DNA of 64,000 nucleotides, taken from Spirochaetota bacterium (GTDB taxonomy: Bacteria > Spirochaetota > UBA4802 > UBA5550). The notes under the pieces were generated by a model. That model was not told where the DNA came from. It did no database searches and worked only from the letters and a program-made list of their open reading frames with translations. The position numbers and the translations under genes are program-made. Location of the stretch: the NCBI GenBank assembly GCA_963664815.2, contig CAXXHB010000003.1:3456001-3520000 (forward strand), read 5' to 3'. Positions 40,104-48,790 of this stretch are shown in pieces; within the stretch, counting starts at the first letter, position 1, and each line of letters begins with the position of its first letter.

Positions 40104-40875
40104 TTTTTACTCCCGGATGAACTACTTTGATCCCTTTCCAGTTAAACACCGAAACAGAATTTCCGTACATCTCTTTCAGATTTTTATTATTTAATACATC
40201 ATGCGGCCTGCCGGATGAAAGTACAGTTCCGCAGTGAAGCATAACAACCTTGTCGGAATATATCATTGCCAGATTGGGATCATGCACTGTCATCAAAAGA
40301 GTGAGTTTTTTTGATTTAACTGTTTCATAAACCCTGTCCAGAACCATAACCTGGTTTTTAAGATCAAGGTGTGATGTCGGTTCATCAAGAACCATTACGG
40401 GAGCATCCTGAGCTATACCGCGGGCGATAAGTACAAGCTGCCTTTCTCCCCCGCTGATCTTCGTGTATGGTCTTTCTGCAAGGTGCCCTATGCCCATCAT
40501 CTCTATTGCATCGGAGGTTTTCTCGCGATCCTCCCGTGAAGGGGATGAGAACACCCCGATATGCGGAGCCCTTCCCATGAGAACAGCATCAAAAACCGTA
40601 TACGGAAACGGGGGTTCATGATCCTGCGGGACTACGGATATAATCCCGGCCCTTATCCTGTGAGGCATTTCTGTAATATCCTTTCCGCAGTATCCTATTG
40701 ATCCTGACAGCGGTTTCCACAAGCCGGTTATGCAGTTGAAGAGGGTTGTTTTGCCTGAACCATTGGGACCCAGGATAACTGTAATTTCTCCTTTATGAGC
40801 TTTCAGTGAAACTCCGTGCAGTACATTTCCCGAATCAGTATTATGACTGTAATAAATATCCCTTATTTCCATCAT
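40087..40875 (-). CDS. ABC transporter ATP-binding protein (FecE/BtuD-like importer type)
   Basis: GPNGSGKT, ISGGERQ, LDEPTSHLD, HDPNLA. Confidence 0.92.
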   Translation of the reverse strand: MMEIRDIYYSHNTDSGNVLHGVSLKAHKGEITVILGPNGSGKTTLFNCITGLWKPLSGSIGYCGKDITEMPHRIRAGIISVVPQDHEPPFPYTVFDAVLMGRAPHIGVFSSPSREDREKTSDAIEMMGIGHLAERPYTKISGGERQLVLIARGIAQDAPVMVLDEPTSHLDLKNQVMVLDRVYETVKSKKLTLLMTVHDPNLAMIYSDKVVMLHCGTVLSSGRPHDVLNNKNLKEMYGNSVSVFNWKGIKVVHPGVKNVRSR

Positions 40876-41876
40876 TCACCCCAGGTTTCCGATCCGCTTC
40901 GTTTCATTAAATAGATAAAGAAGGGAGCGCCTATAATTGCAGTGATAATGCCGACAGGTATATCCAGTTCTGTCATGCTTCTGGCGATTGTATCGGATAT
41001 GATCATAAATGTAGCTCCCCCCGCCATACTGAGCGGAACCAAACTCCTGTGATCAGGCCCCGAAAACATTCTTATAAGATGGGGTACCATCAGCCCGACC
41101 CATCCGATAATTCCGCTTACCGAGACTGCTATACTTACCATAAGTGTTGATGCCGCAATAAAGATTATCCTTTCAACGGCAACATTGAATCCCAGGTTCT
41201 TTGCCTCATTCTCCCCCATACTCATTACATTGAGCCGCCACCTCATGAGGTAAACCGGTATAAAACCGGCGATAATCCCTGAAGCGGCAATCTTCACCAT
41301 CTTCCAGTCTGCAAGCGCGAAACTCCCCATAAGCCAGTACACAATGTTCTGCAGTTTATGCGGATCAACTGTAAACTTCACAATTGAAACAAGAGCGGAG
41401 AAGAATGCCGAAACAATGACACCCGAGAGTATAAGATGAAGCCTTGAAATCTCCCCCCGCGACCTTGCTGCTGCAAGGGCAATAAACACAGCGCTTACAG
41501 CGAAAACAAACGCCATCGGCTGTACCGGTATTCCGGGGAAGAAACCTATTGAAAGGGAGCAGCCCAGAGCAGCCCCTGCGGATATACCGAGGATAAAGGG
41601 ATCAACAAGAGGATTTCTGAATATACCCTGCAGTGTCACGCCGGAAACAGAGAGAGCCCCCCCTGCCAGCGAGGCAAGTATTACCCGGGGGAGCCGTATA
41701 TCAAAGAGTACAGATTTTTCCGGAATGTCGCTGAATTTCCCCGATACAAAAACCGCGTCGCAAATGCTGCGCAGAATAAATAAAGGTGAAATTCCATATG
41801 AGCCGATAAACAGCGCCGTTGATCCTGCTATCACAGGGGACAGGTATATTAAAACTCTCCCCGGACTAGTTTTCAA
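40872..41876 (-). CDS. FecCD/BtuC family ABC permease
   Basis: IRLPR, FRNPLVDP..LGISAGA, IGWVGLMVPH, PVGIITA..GAPFF. Confidence 0.93.
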   Translation of the reverse strand: MKTSPGRVLIYLSPVIAGSTALFIGSYGISPLFILRSICDAVFVSGKFSDIPEKSVLFDIRLPRVILASLAGGALSVSGVTLQGIFRNPLVDPFILGISAGAALGCSLSIGFFPGIPVQPMAFVFAVSAVFIALAAARSRGEISRLHLILSGVIVSAFFSALVSIVKFTVDPHKLQNIVYWLMGSFALADWKMVKIAASGIIAGFIPVYLMRWRLNVMSMGENEAKNLGFNVAVERIIFIAASTLMVSIAVSVSGIIGWVGLMVPHLIRMFSGPDHRSLVPLSMAGGATFMIISDTIARSMTELDIPVGIITAIIGAPFFIYLMKRSGSETWGE

Positions 41877-42858
41877 TTTTCTTCACCATGCTGTATGGAA
41901 TATTAAAAACCATTCTGTAAAAATTATCAGTTATATCATTAAAATTTATATCTTTATAATACAGGGGATATGTTTTCATTGCCATCCAGAGCGCAACCGG
42001 CGCTACCCTGGGGGACCATGTTGACCACTCAGGTGCTTTGTAGACTCTGCTGTCCTTAACTGCTTTAATGTGCTTCCACTGCGGATTATTTATTATATCC
42101 GTAACTCCATATGTTGCATTTCCCCAGATAAATATCACGTCAGGATTCCATCTGATGATCTTTTCAATGGAGACGTCTGAGTTTCGGCCCCCTATTTCAG
42201 CAGCGGAGTTAACAGCTCCGATCAGGGTAATGATGTCATGGGTAAGACCTGCAGTACCGGAAACCCCTGTGGGCCGCCCGCCGAGCCAGAGAACCTTCTG
42301 CTTTTCACTATTTTTTATTTTTCCGGATCTCTTTTTAATAATTGATAATATCTCATCCATCCTTGAAAGACAGTATTCCATTCTTTTCTCTTTCCCGAAG
42401 AGCCTGCCGTGAAGTTTTAATACATCATAAAGTTCTGACATTGAATCGGGATAAATGCTTATAACAGTAAGCCCTTTATCCTCCATAAACCTGACCTGCT
42501 CCTGCCTGAATGTCCATGAAACAACAAGATCCGGCCGTATTTTCATCATACTCTCCATGTTAATATCAATCCCGGAACCGACAGATGGAAGTCCTGAAAG
42601 ACTACCCCCTGATGCTTTGATTAAGTCGTTGCTGTTAGTCCACTTGCCTGAGGCAGCTATCTGATCCCATATGCCGAGAGCGGGAATAAGCTCATAGGTT
42701 GTAAGAAGTACAGCCCTCTTTACCGGAATCTGAACGTTCACACTCTTGCCGGTTTTATCCCTGTATGTCAGAATTTCAGCAATTAAAGGGTTATACGGAA
42801 ATACTGTTATGATCAGAAAGATTATTGAAAATAAAAAAATCTGATTGTATCGTCTCAC
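41866..42858 (-). CDS. Fe-siderophore/cobalamin-type ABC substrate-binding protein
   Basis: Signal peptide; NMES..K.RPDLV, SIEKI..WNPDVI, AVKDSRVY. Confidence 0.9.
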   Translation of the reverse strand: MRRYNQIFLFSIIFLIITVFPYNPLIAEILTYRDKTGKSVNVQIPVKRAVLLTTYELIPALGIWDQIAASGKWTNSNDLIKASGGSLSGLPSVGSGIDINMESMMKIRPDLVVSWTFRQEQVRFMEDKGLTVISIYPDSMSELYDVLKLHGRLFGKEKRMEYCLSRMDEILSIIKKRSGKIKNSEKQKVLWLGGRPTGVSGTAGLTHDIITLIGAVNSAAEIGGRNSDVSIEKIIRWNPDVIFIWGNATYGVTDIINNPQWKHIKAVKDSRVYKAPEWSTWSPRVAPVALWMAMKTYPLYYKDINFNDITDNFYRMVFNIPYSMVKKIEN

Positions 42859-43051
42859 GGTTATATTATTCCTTTTAGCTTTGCCCCCGCTTTTGCTTTA
42901 TCGAGCTTACATTTAACCACATTCCCAGCTGGAGAACAAAACTTCATTTATTTAATGCTCCCCCTCGGTACAACGGCGTACTTTTGATAATTTAAAAAAC
43001 CTGTTCCTTTACACCGTCACTCGGGGAGTGAACAATTACTCCCAGTTTTAA

Positions 43052-45433
43052 TTATATCTTTATCTGTGCTTCGGCAAAGTAATTTCTTCCTTCACAGACA
43101 TAGTACTGAAAGTATTCTCTGTCCAGGAGATTGTTCACACTGAAACTGAATTTAACCTTATCACCGGGCATCAGTGACAGCTTCAGATCAAGAAGCTTTA
43201 CTGCATCATAAGATGTATATACACCCTCCACAGTATCGCTGTTGTCTGAATTAGCGTAAACATGGTCACAGTATCGCCAGTTGATGCATCCTTCAGCTTT
43301 TTTAAATATTGCCTTCAGTCCCGCATTGTACATCAGTTCAGGTACATTGGTAAACTGTTTGCCCACAGAAGCAGTGTCAGTATCATTCTTTGTTACCTCG
43401 GTATCTGTCTTTGTCATATTACCATAAAGCTCGATGTAGTCCATGATATAGAGTTTACCCTCAAGTTCAAACCCGTGAATTTTGCCTTCGCCGGCATTAT
43501 TATAAATTTTATCCGCCACAGTTGCCGTATCGTTTGTTATCATATAATAAATCATATTTGTAACGGTACTTCCGAAATATGTCCCTGATATGATAAATGT
43601 TTTATCCATGAACCCTATATCCCCACCGATTTCCCATGACCTGCTTTTTTCAGGTTTCAGATCAGGATTCGGGTAATAATGGGTGGTTTTCGTCCCTGAT
43701 ACCGAATCCCAGTATTTATACAGCTGGTAGATATTCGGCGGATTATATCCTTCCCCATAAGAGGCTTTCAGCGATTCCAGTTTTACCTTAAAAAACTCTA
43801 TGCCGGGTTTAAATACAATTGAAGCTTTCGGCGCGATATTCCAGTCGGTTGTAGTGGAGTAATTATTTTCAGTTGTATTGTACCTGCTCTCTCCGTCATA
43901 ATTTTTCCAGTAATCATATCTTGCTCCGCCATAAAGAATAAGAACTTTTTTTATAATATCATATTCAAGCTGGGAATAGAGCGATGACATAAGCTGGCTC
44001 CCTTCCATTTCGCTGAAATGATCAGTTGAAGTATCAATTTCCGTGTCAAAATCCTTCCAGTTGTATAAATTCCACTGGTCACCCTCTGCATGATCGTGCC
44101 TCATACCTGCGCCAACTGTAAGTACACCTGAATCCGTAAAGTGAATATCGACCTGTACATCACCATATAAAGTTGATGCCGGATCTGTAGTATTGATGTA
44201 TCCGGCACCTCCGGCGAAATCGGCACCTGTTGATGGAGTTGAGTACTTGCTTGAGGACTGATTACTGCCGAACTTTGCGCTGATATCAAGGAGACCCGCT
44301 TTGAGCGAATAATCAAGGACATTTATCCGGCTCTCTGTTTCTCCCCCTCCGCTTGTAAGAAATGTTTTCGGTGTTATAGCTTTATAATAGTTCGTTCCGC
44401 CGTCATTAAATGTAATATTGCCGGATGTTACAGAATAACCTGTTGTGGAGTTTTTGAGATAACTTTTTGGATCTTTGTAGCCATAGGCATAATTTGCCAG
44501 TTTGAATGAGTACCCAAGCTTTGAATTTTCTGTCATATCCCAGGAAACCTTTCCTGTTGCAACCTGCTGATCCCAGCAGTTTTTCCCTGAATCGCCGATT
44601 ACATAGATCCTGTTTCCCTTTGTATCAGTACTGGCCTCCATCCCTGTTACAGAGACAGGGCTTGTAAGTGCAGTCGTACCGGGTGTTGTTGTAATAAGAT
44701 TATTTCTTATACCGTCACTTGACATGAAATCATAAGTAAGAAGAACACTGACACTGTCATAATACCTGTCACCGTAACTGGCAGAACCTGAATATGTATT
44801 ATTTGTACCGTAACCGGCCTTTACCGATGCCTCCTGCTTATCCGGAGCCTTCGTTATTATGTTTACAACCCCGCCCATTGCGTTTCTTCCGTAAAGGCTG
44901 GAGAATGGGCCCTTTACCACTTCTATACTTTCAGTAGATTCCATAGAATGAGAACCCCAGTTGGGAGATGATGAATAGCTGTCATTAAGAGGCATACCAT
45001 TCCACATTATAAGGTTGCTGCCGCTCCCCTTGAATCCCCTTATTGCAACAGAGGTAGTGGTGTCACTTATCTTTGATCTTTTCAGGTAAACTCCCGGAAC
45101 TGACTTAAGCGCCTCGTCAAGGTGTTTGCCGCTTGAAAGGGATATATCTTCTTTATCAATAACCGAAACTGAGGCTGGAGAATCCCCGATTTTATGGCCT
45201 GTTTTTGTGGGGGTTACTACAATTTTCCCGAGTTTTATGCTGCCTTTGTTTTTGTCTTCAGAATCATTTACAGCAGGCTTTTTATTCTCTTTGGATTCGC
45301 TGTCAGCTGCATCTGACTTGCCTGTATTCTCCGCTATATTCTGCCTGTCCGCCGGAACTGTTTTATCAGTTGTCCCGGCTAACAGTGAAACAGAGAGTGA
45401 TGTTATGAACAATACCAGTATTATCTTTTTCAT
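43052..45433 (-). CDS. TonB-dependent outer membrane receptor
   Basis: Signal peptide from ATG 45433 (GAGGA RBS); IVVTPTK TonB box, IEVVKGPFSSLYG..AMGGVVNI, NPDLKPE, NLLDREY, GRNY. Confidence 0.93.
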   Translation of the reverse strand: MKKIILVLFITSLSVSLLAGTTDKTVPADRQNIAENTGKSDAADSESKENKKPAVNDSEDKNKGSIKLGKIVVTPTKTGHKIGDSPASVSVIDKEDISLSSGKHLDEALKSVPGVYLKRSKISDTTTSVAIRGFKGSGSNLIMWNGMPLNDSYSSSPNWGSHSMESTESIEVVKGPFSSLYGRNAMGGVVNIITKAPDKQEASVKAGYGTNNTYSGSASYGDRYYDSVSVLLTYDFMSSDGIRNNLITTTPGTTALTSPVSVTGMEASTDTKGNRIYVIGDSGKNCWDQQVATGKVSWDMTENSKLGYSFKLANYAYGYKDPKSYLKNSTTGYSVTSGNITFNDGGTNYYKAITPKTFLTSGGGETESRINVLDYSLKAGLLDISAKFGSNQSSSKYSTPSTGADFAGGAGYINTTDPASTLYGDVQVDIHFTDSGVLTVGAGMRHDHAEGDQWNLYNWKDFDTEIDTSTDHFSEMEGSQLMSSLYSQLEYDIIKKVLILYGGARYDYWKNYDGESRYNTTENNYSTTTDWNIAPKASIVFKPGIEFFKVKLESLKASYGEGYNPPNIYQLYKYWDSVSGTKTTHYYPNPDLKPEKSRSWEIGGDIGFMDKTFIISGTYFGSTVTNMIYYMITNDTATVADKIYNNAGEGKIHGFELEGKLYIMDYIELYGNMTKTDTEVTKNDTDTASVGKQFTNVPELMYNAGLKAIFKKAEGCINWRYCDHVYANSDNSDTVEGVYTSYDAVKLLDLKLSLMPGDKVKFSFSVNNLLDREYFQYYVCEGRNYFAEAQIKI

Positions 45434-45767
45434 TTTGTTCCTCTTTACCTGTATTAATGTTACAAATTTATTATTTTTACTATTTGTCAAATATATTATT
45501 ATATTATATATTACTATAAACATATTTTTTAATGAAAAACATACACTACTTTATCAAACATCAGTTTACTTCAAATTCTGAACATGATTACAGGATTTAA
45601 GTATTGGAAGGATTTTCTGCAGACAGGGGATATCGTACACGAAAGAACTTACATCGTGCATCAGCAGGTTTACATGTAATGCCCCGGCAGATTTATGACA
45701 AATTTCACAATCTGTTTACAGAGTATTCAATTTCGCTTCAATTACGCCTCAAACACGCTACATACAG

Positions 45768-46307
45768 CTATAAACGCGCGTTTTTCTCTGTCGGTAACGG
45801 TATTGAAACGGTATTGAAACGGTTTTTAACAGGGTCTACATACTGCTTAAGCCCCGTTTTAACAGATATACCTCTGTTTTTTACTGCATTAATATTATTC
45901 TGTCCATCGGCCGATCTGCTGTTTCCTGAATTGTAACAGGTATATGCTGTAATTTCACCGGAAGAAGATACAACCACTGCATCCCCTGTTCCGCCGCTTC
46001 CCGATGGAGTAACAGGTGAACCTGGAGCAATGCCGCGAAGGTATTCAGACATAAAGAGGTTGTAACCTGACTTTTTCTTTCTTTTTGCCCTTATTCTGTA
46101 AATAGATTTCTCCTCTTCCGGAAGAAACTGCCATGCCTTTACGCCGCCGCCAAAATTGCCCCTGCACTTCACCTGCGGTTCAGTTCGCGGATTGGAGGGG
46201 ATTGTGCGTGCTTTAATGTAGATTTTACCGTAACGGCGGTATAGAACAAGACCATCCAGACCACCATGCGCAGTTCTTAAATAGGGGTGAAGCTTTACTT
46301 TAGCCAT
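45768..46307 (-). CDS. Basic hypothetical protein with HMG-box-like motif (DUF6266-like N-terminus)
   Basis: AAGGAG RBS; G.LDGLV.YRRYGK, PSNPRTEPQ..R..F, W..L..EEK..Y...A, GYNLFMSEY. Confidence 0.7.
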   Translation of the reverse strand: MAKVKLHPYLRTAHGGLDGLVLYRRYGKIYIKARTIPSNPRTEPQVKCRGNFGGGVKAWQFLPEEEKSIYRIRAKRKKKSGYNLFMSEYLRGIAPGSPVTPSGSGGTGDAVVVSSSGEITAYTCYNSGNSRSADGQNNINAVKNRGISVKTGLKQYVDPVKNRFNTVSIPLPTEKNARL

Positions 46308-46485
46308 AGATTTACACTCCTTTTAATTATTTTCTATTATGTTATTGTATTGAAATTTATGTCTCATATAACCAGTGCGGAAAAGCAAATGACATGGGGC
46401 AAGCAGATTTTTTAATAAAGATAAATTATATTCCGGCACAAAAAAAGCCGATTAATTAATTGATTACAATTTAAAAAAAACAGGT

Positions 46486-48681
46486 ATGTTCATGATGCTT
46501 CATCAAACTGAAGGCTTAAACCAAAAGATAAAACATTCTGTTTTTATTATAATTATTTTTTCATTATTATTTCAAATACAATTATTATCTCCACTTCATG
46601 CGGAATCAAAGTTAACATTGCTCTTAACATCAAACCTTCAGGGTCGTTTCTCACTGGATAAAGACAAACAGGATGATAATGACCCATTGCTGGTTCTTGG
46701 CCAATCCCTGATAAAAGAAAAAAACCATTTTGACTTCTACCTGGATCTTGGCAATGCTTTTTATCCGGGAACATTATCCAGATATAGTTACGGTTCAGTG
46801 ATGATGGATTTTTTTAACTACTTTAATTGTGAAGCAACTCTTATTTCCTCCAGGGATATAAGCATAGGACTCTCCAATCTTGAATTTCTATCTAAAGGGA
46901 AAAAGACAAAAATGTTATCTGCGAATATCACTAAAGATTTACAACCGGTATTTACCCCTTACATTATAATTAAGCATTCAGGTAAAAAGATAGGAATAAT
47001 AGGCATATCATCAGCTGATGGCCTTTTTGATATAGCGGACAAGCAGATACTTAACATTTCATTTCGTGAATACCGTGAGTCGATAAAAGGGAAAGCTTTA
47101 AAATTAAAGAAAGAAGGCTGTGATAATCTGATTCTTCTTTCAGGTCTATCTTATCGGAATAATATAGAATTGCTGCAGGAAATACCTGAAATAAATCTGA
47201 TTATAAGCGGCGGAGATTCGACCGGAAGTCTTTTCTCCGTTCCGTCTTCAAGGATTGACCTTCAATGGGGTAGATCTATAGTCACTCTGCTGCAGTACGA
47301 CGGTTATTATAAACTTGAACTAGATCTTGGAGAAAAAATTAATATAGCTTCCATGAATTTCATTAAATCATTAAAATATAAAACAACAGATCCTGCATAC
47401 ACTGAATTTTCCAAAAGGCTTTCTATATGGAAAAAAAAGTTTAAAGAGGAGGAAAATTATATTGTTGCAGAGAATATACCTGCTACAGCTGTGGTAGATG
47501 AAACAGTGGCAAATATGCTAAGACACAGATACAGGTGCGAGATAGGTATTCTTGAAAAATATTCTATACATCCGCAGGCCATTACCGGGACTCTCTATTA
47601 TTCAAAAATTATGTCATTTGTAAATAATGATTACCCAATTTTTACATACAGATTAAGTGGTGCAGACCTGAATAAAATTATTGAGAAAAATGATGAACTG
47701 GTTATAACCGGTATAGATAACGGGAAAATACAGAATTATCCCCTGTCAGATGAACAGACATATAGCATATGTTCAACACAATTCGCCTATGACAAAATAA
47801 AAAAAATTCTTAGAAAACATATAGAATATAAAAACTCCTGGAAAACACTTCAGGATGAGATAGTTGAAGACCTTAAAACAGAAAAAAGCCTTACATCAGA
47901 AAATTTCGATTTTCTTGACGACAGATTCCGGGTTCTTGTCAGTATGTCCCTCTCCAACTTTTATGACAGGTCGATTGTAACCACCGGAGAAGACATAGGG
48001 ACACCCCCGGGGAAACCTGAAGAAACTTACCGCAGCTGGGGGATGGAAGACACACTTGATATAACAATTTACAACAGATATCATCAGCTTATATTTACGC
48101 CATATGTATATTTTATAAAAAACAATGAAAAGTATGAACAGAATCTACTCCGGGGAACTCTTCTGTATACATATAATCCAAATAGCATTATCAGGCCTTA
48201 TCATAAATCCCAGTTAGATACAAGTCTTGTTAAAGTCGTTAACGCTGAAAAAAGCGATTCAACAGATGAAGTCAAAGAAAGAACGATTCTTTTAAGAGAA
48301 ACAGCTGGCGCTTCATTAAATACAGAAACAGCTACCGCCAGATTCGGAGCGGGTTTTGAGAAACAGATACAGAATCCGGAAAATACCAAGGTTTTTGGTA
48401 TAGAGATATTATTAAAAATTAACTACCCGATTACTGAAGAGGTGACATATAGCTTAAATCTCGATTCATTTACATCTTTCAAAAATAACAGCAGCCGATC
48501 ACATGGGCTCAAAAACCGTACCGAATTTACCAATGCACTTTCCTTCAAACTTAACAGCCTGCTGAGTGTATCGATGAAGAATAAATGGTTTATTCTCGAT
48601 TCTAAAGAACTGGGTGAATCATACAAATATTCCCAGAACCTTATCTCAATTGATCTGAATACAGATTTTAAACTGTTTTAG
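46486..48681 (+). CDS. 5'-nucleotidase-like (degenerate) domain fused to predicted outer-membrane beta-barrel
   Basis: Metallophosphoesterase scaffold (LSANI, PY.I....G.KIGIIG, INLIISG); C-terminal alternating beta strands ending in F. Confidence 0.7.
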   Translation: MFMMLHQTEGLNQKIKHSVFIIIIFSLLFQIQLLSPLHAESKLTLLLTSNLQGRFSLDKDKQDDNDPLLVLGQSLIKEKNHFDFYLDLGNAFYPGTLSRYSYGSVMMDFFNYFNCEATLISSRDISIGLSNLEFLSKGKKTKMLSANITKDLQPVFTPYIIIKHSGKKIGIIGISSADGLFDIADKQILNISFREYRESIKGKALKLKKEGCDNLILLSGLSYRNNIELLQEIPEINLIISGGDSTGSLFSVPSSRIDLQWGRSIVTLLQYDGYYKLELDLGEKINIASMNFIKSLKYKTTDPAYTEFSKRLSIWKKKFKEEENYIVAENIPATAVVDETVANMLRHRYRCEIGILEKYSIHPQAITGTLYYSKIMSFVNNDYPIFTYRLSGADLNKIIEKNDELVITGIDNGKIQNYPLSDEQTYSICSTQFAYDKIKKILRKHIEYKNSWKTLQDEIVEDLKTEKSLTSENFDFLDDRFRVLVSMSLSNFYDRSIVTTGEDIGTPPGKPEETYRSWGMEDTLDITIYNRYHQLIFTPYVYFIKNNEKYEQNLLRGTLLYTYNPNSIIRPYHKSQLDTSLVKVVNAEKSDSTDEVKERTILLRETAGASLNTETATARFGAGFEKQIQNPENTKVFGIEILLKINYPITEEVTYSLNLDSFTSFKNNSSRSHGLKNRTEFTNALSFKLNSLLSVSMKNKWFILDSKELGESYKYSQNLISIDLNTDFKLF

Positions 48682-48790
48682 ATATAAATCCTGTTAAACA
48701 GTGATTTCTACATTGACATCAATATTTTATTTAACCGATTTTTCTTCTTGTATAAACAGATAAATATTATATTTATAGTTCAGATAAATC

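Noticed and set aside
45434-45770. Cobalamin riboswitch expected upstream of the TonB receptor/cobN operon
   Set aside because: No B12-box or GGGAA/GCCACTG core seen on the minus strand; only AT-rich promoter sequence and weak hairpins.
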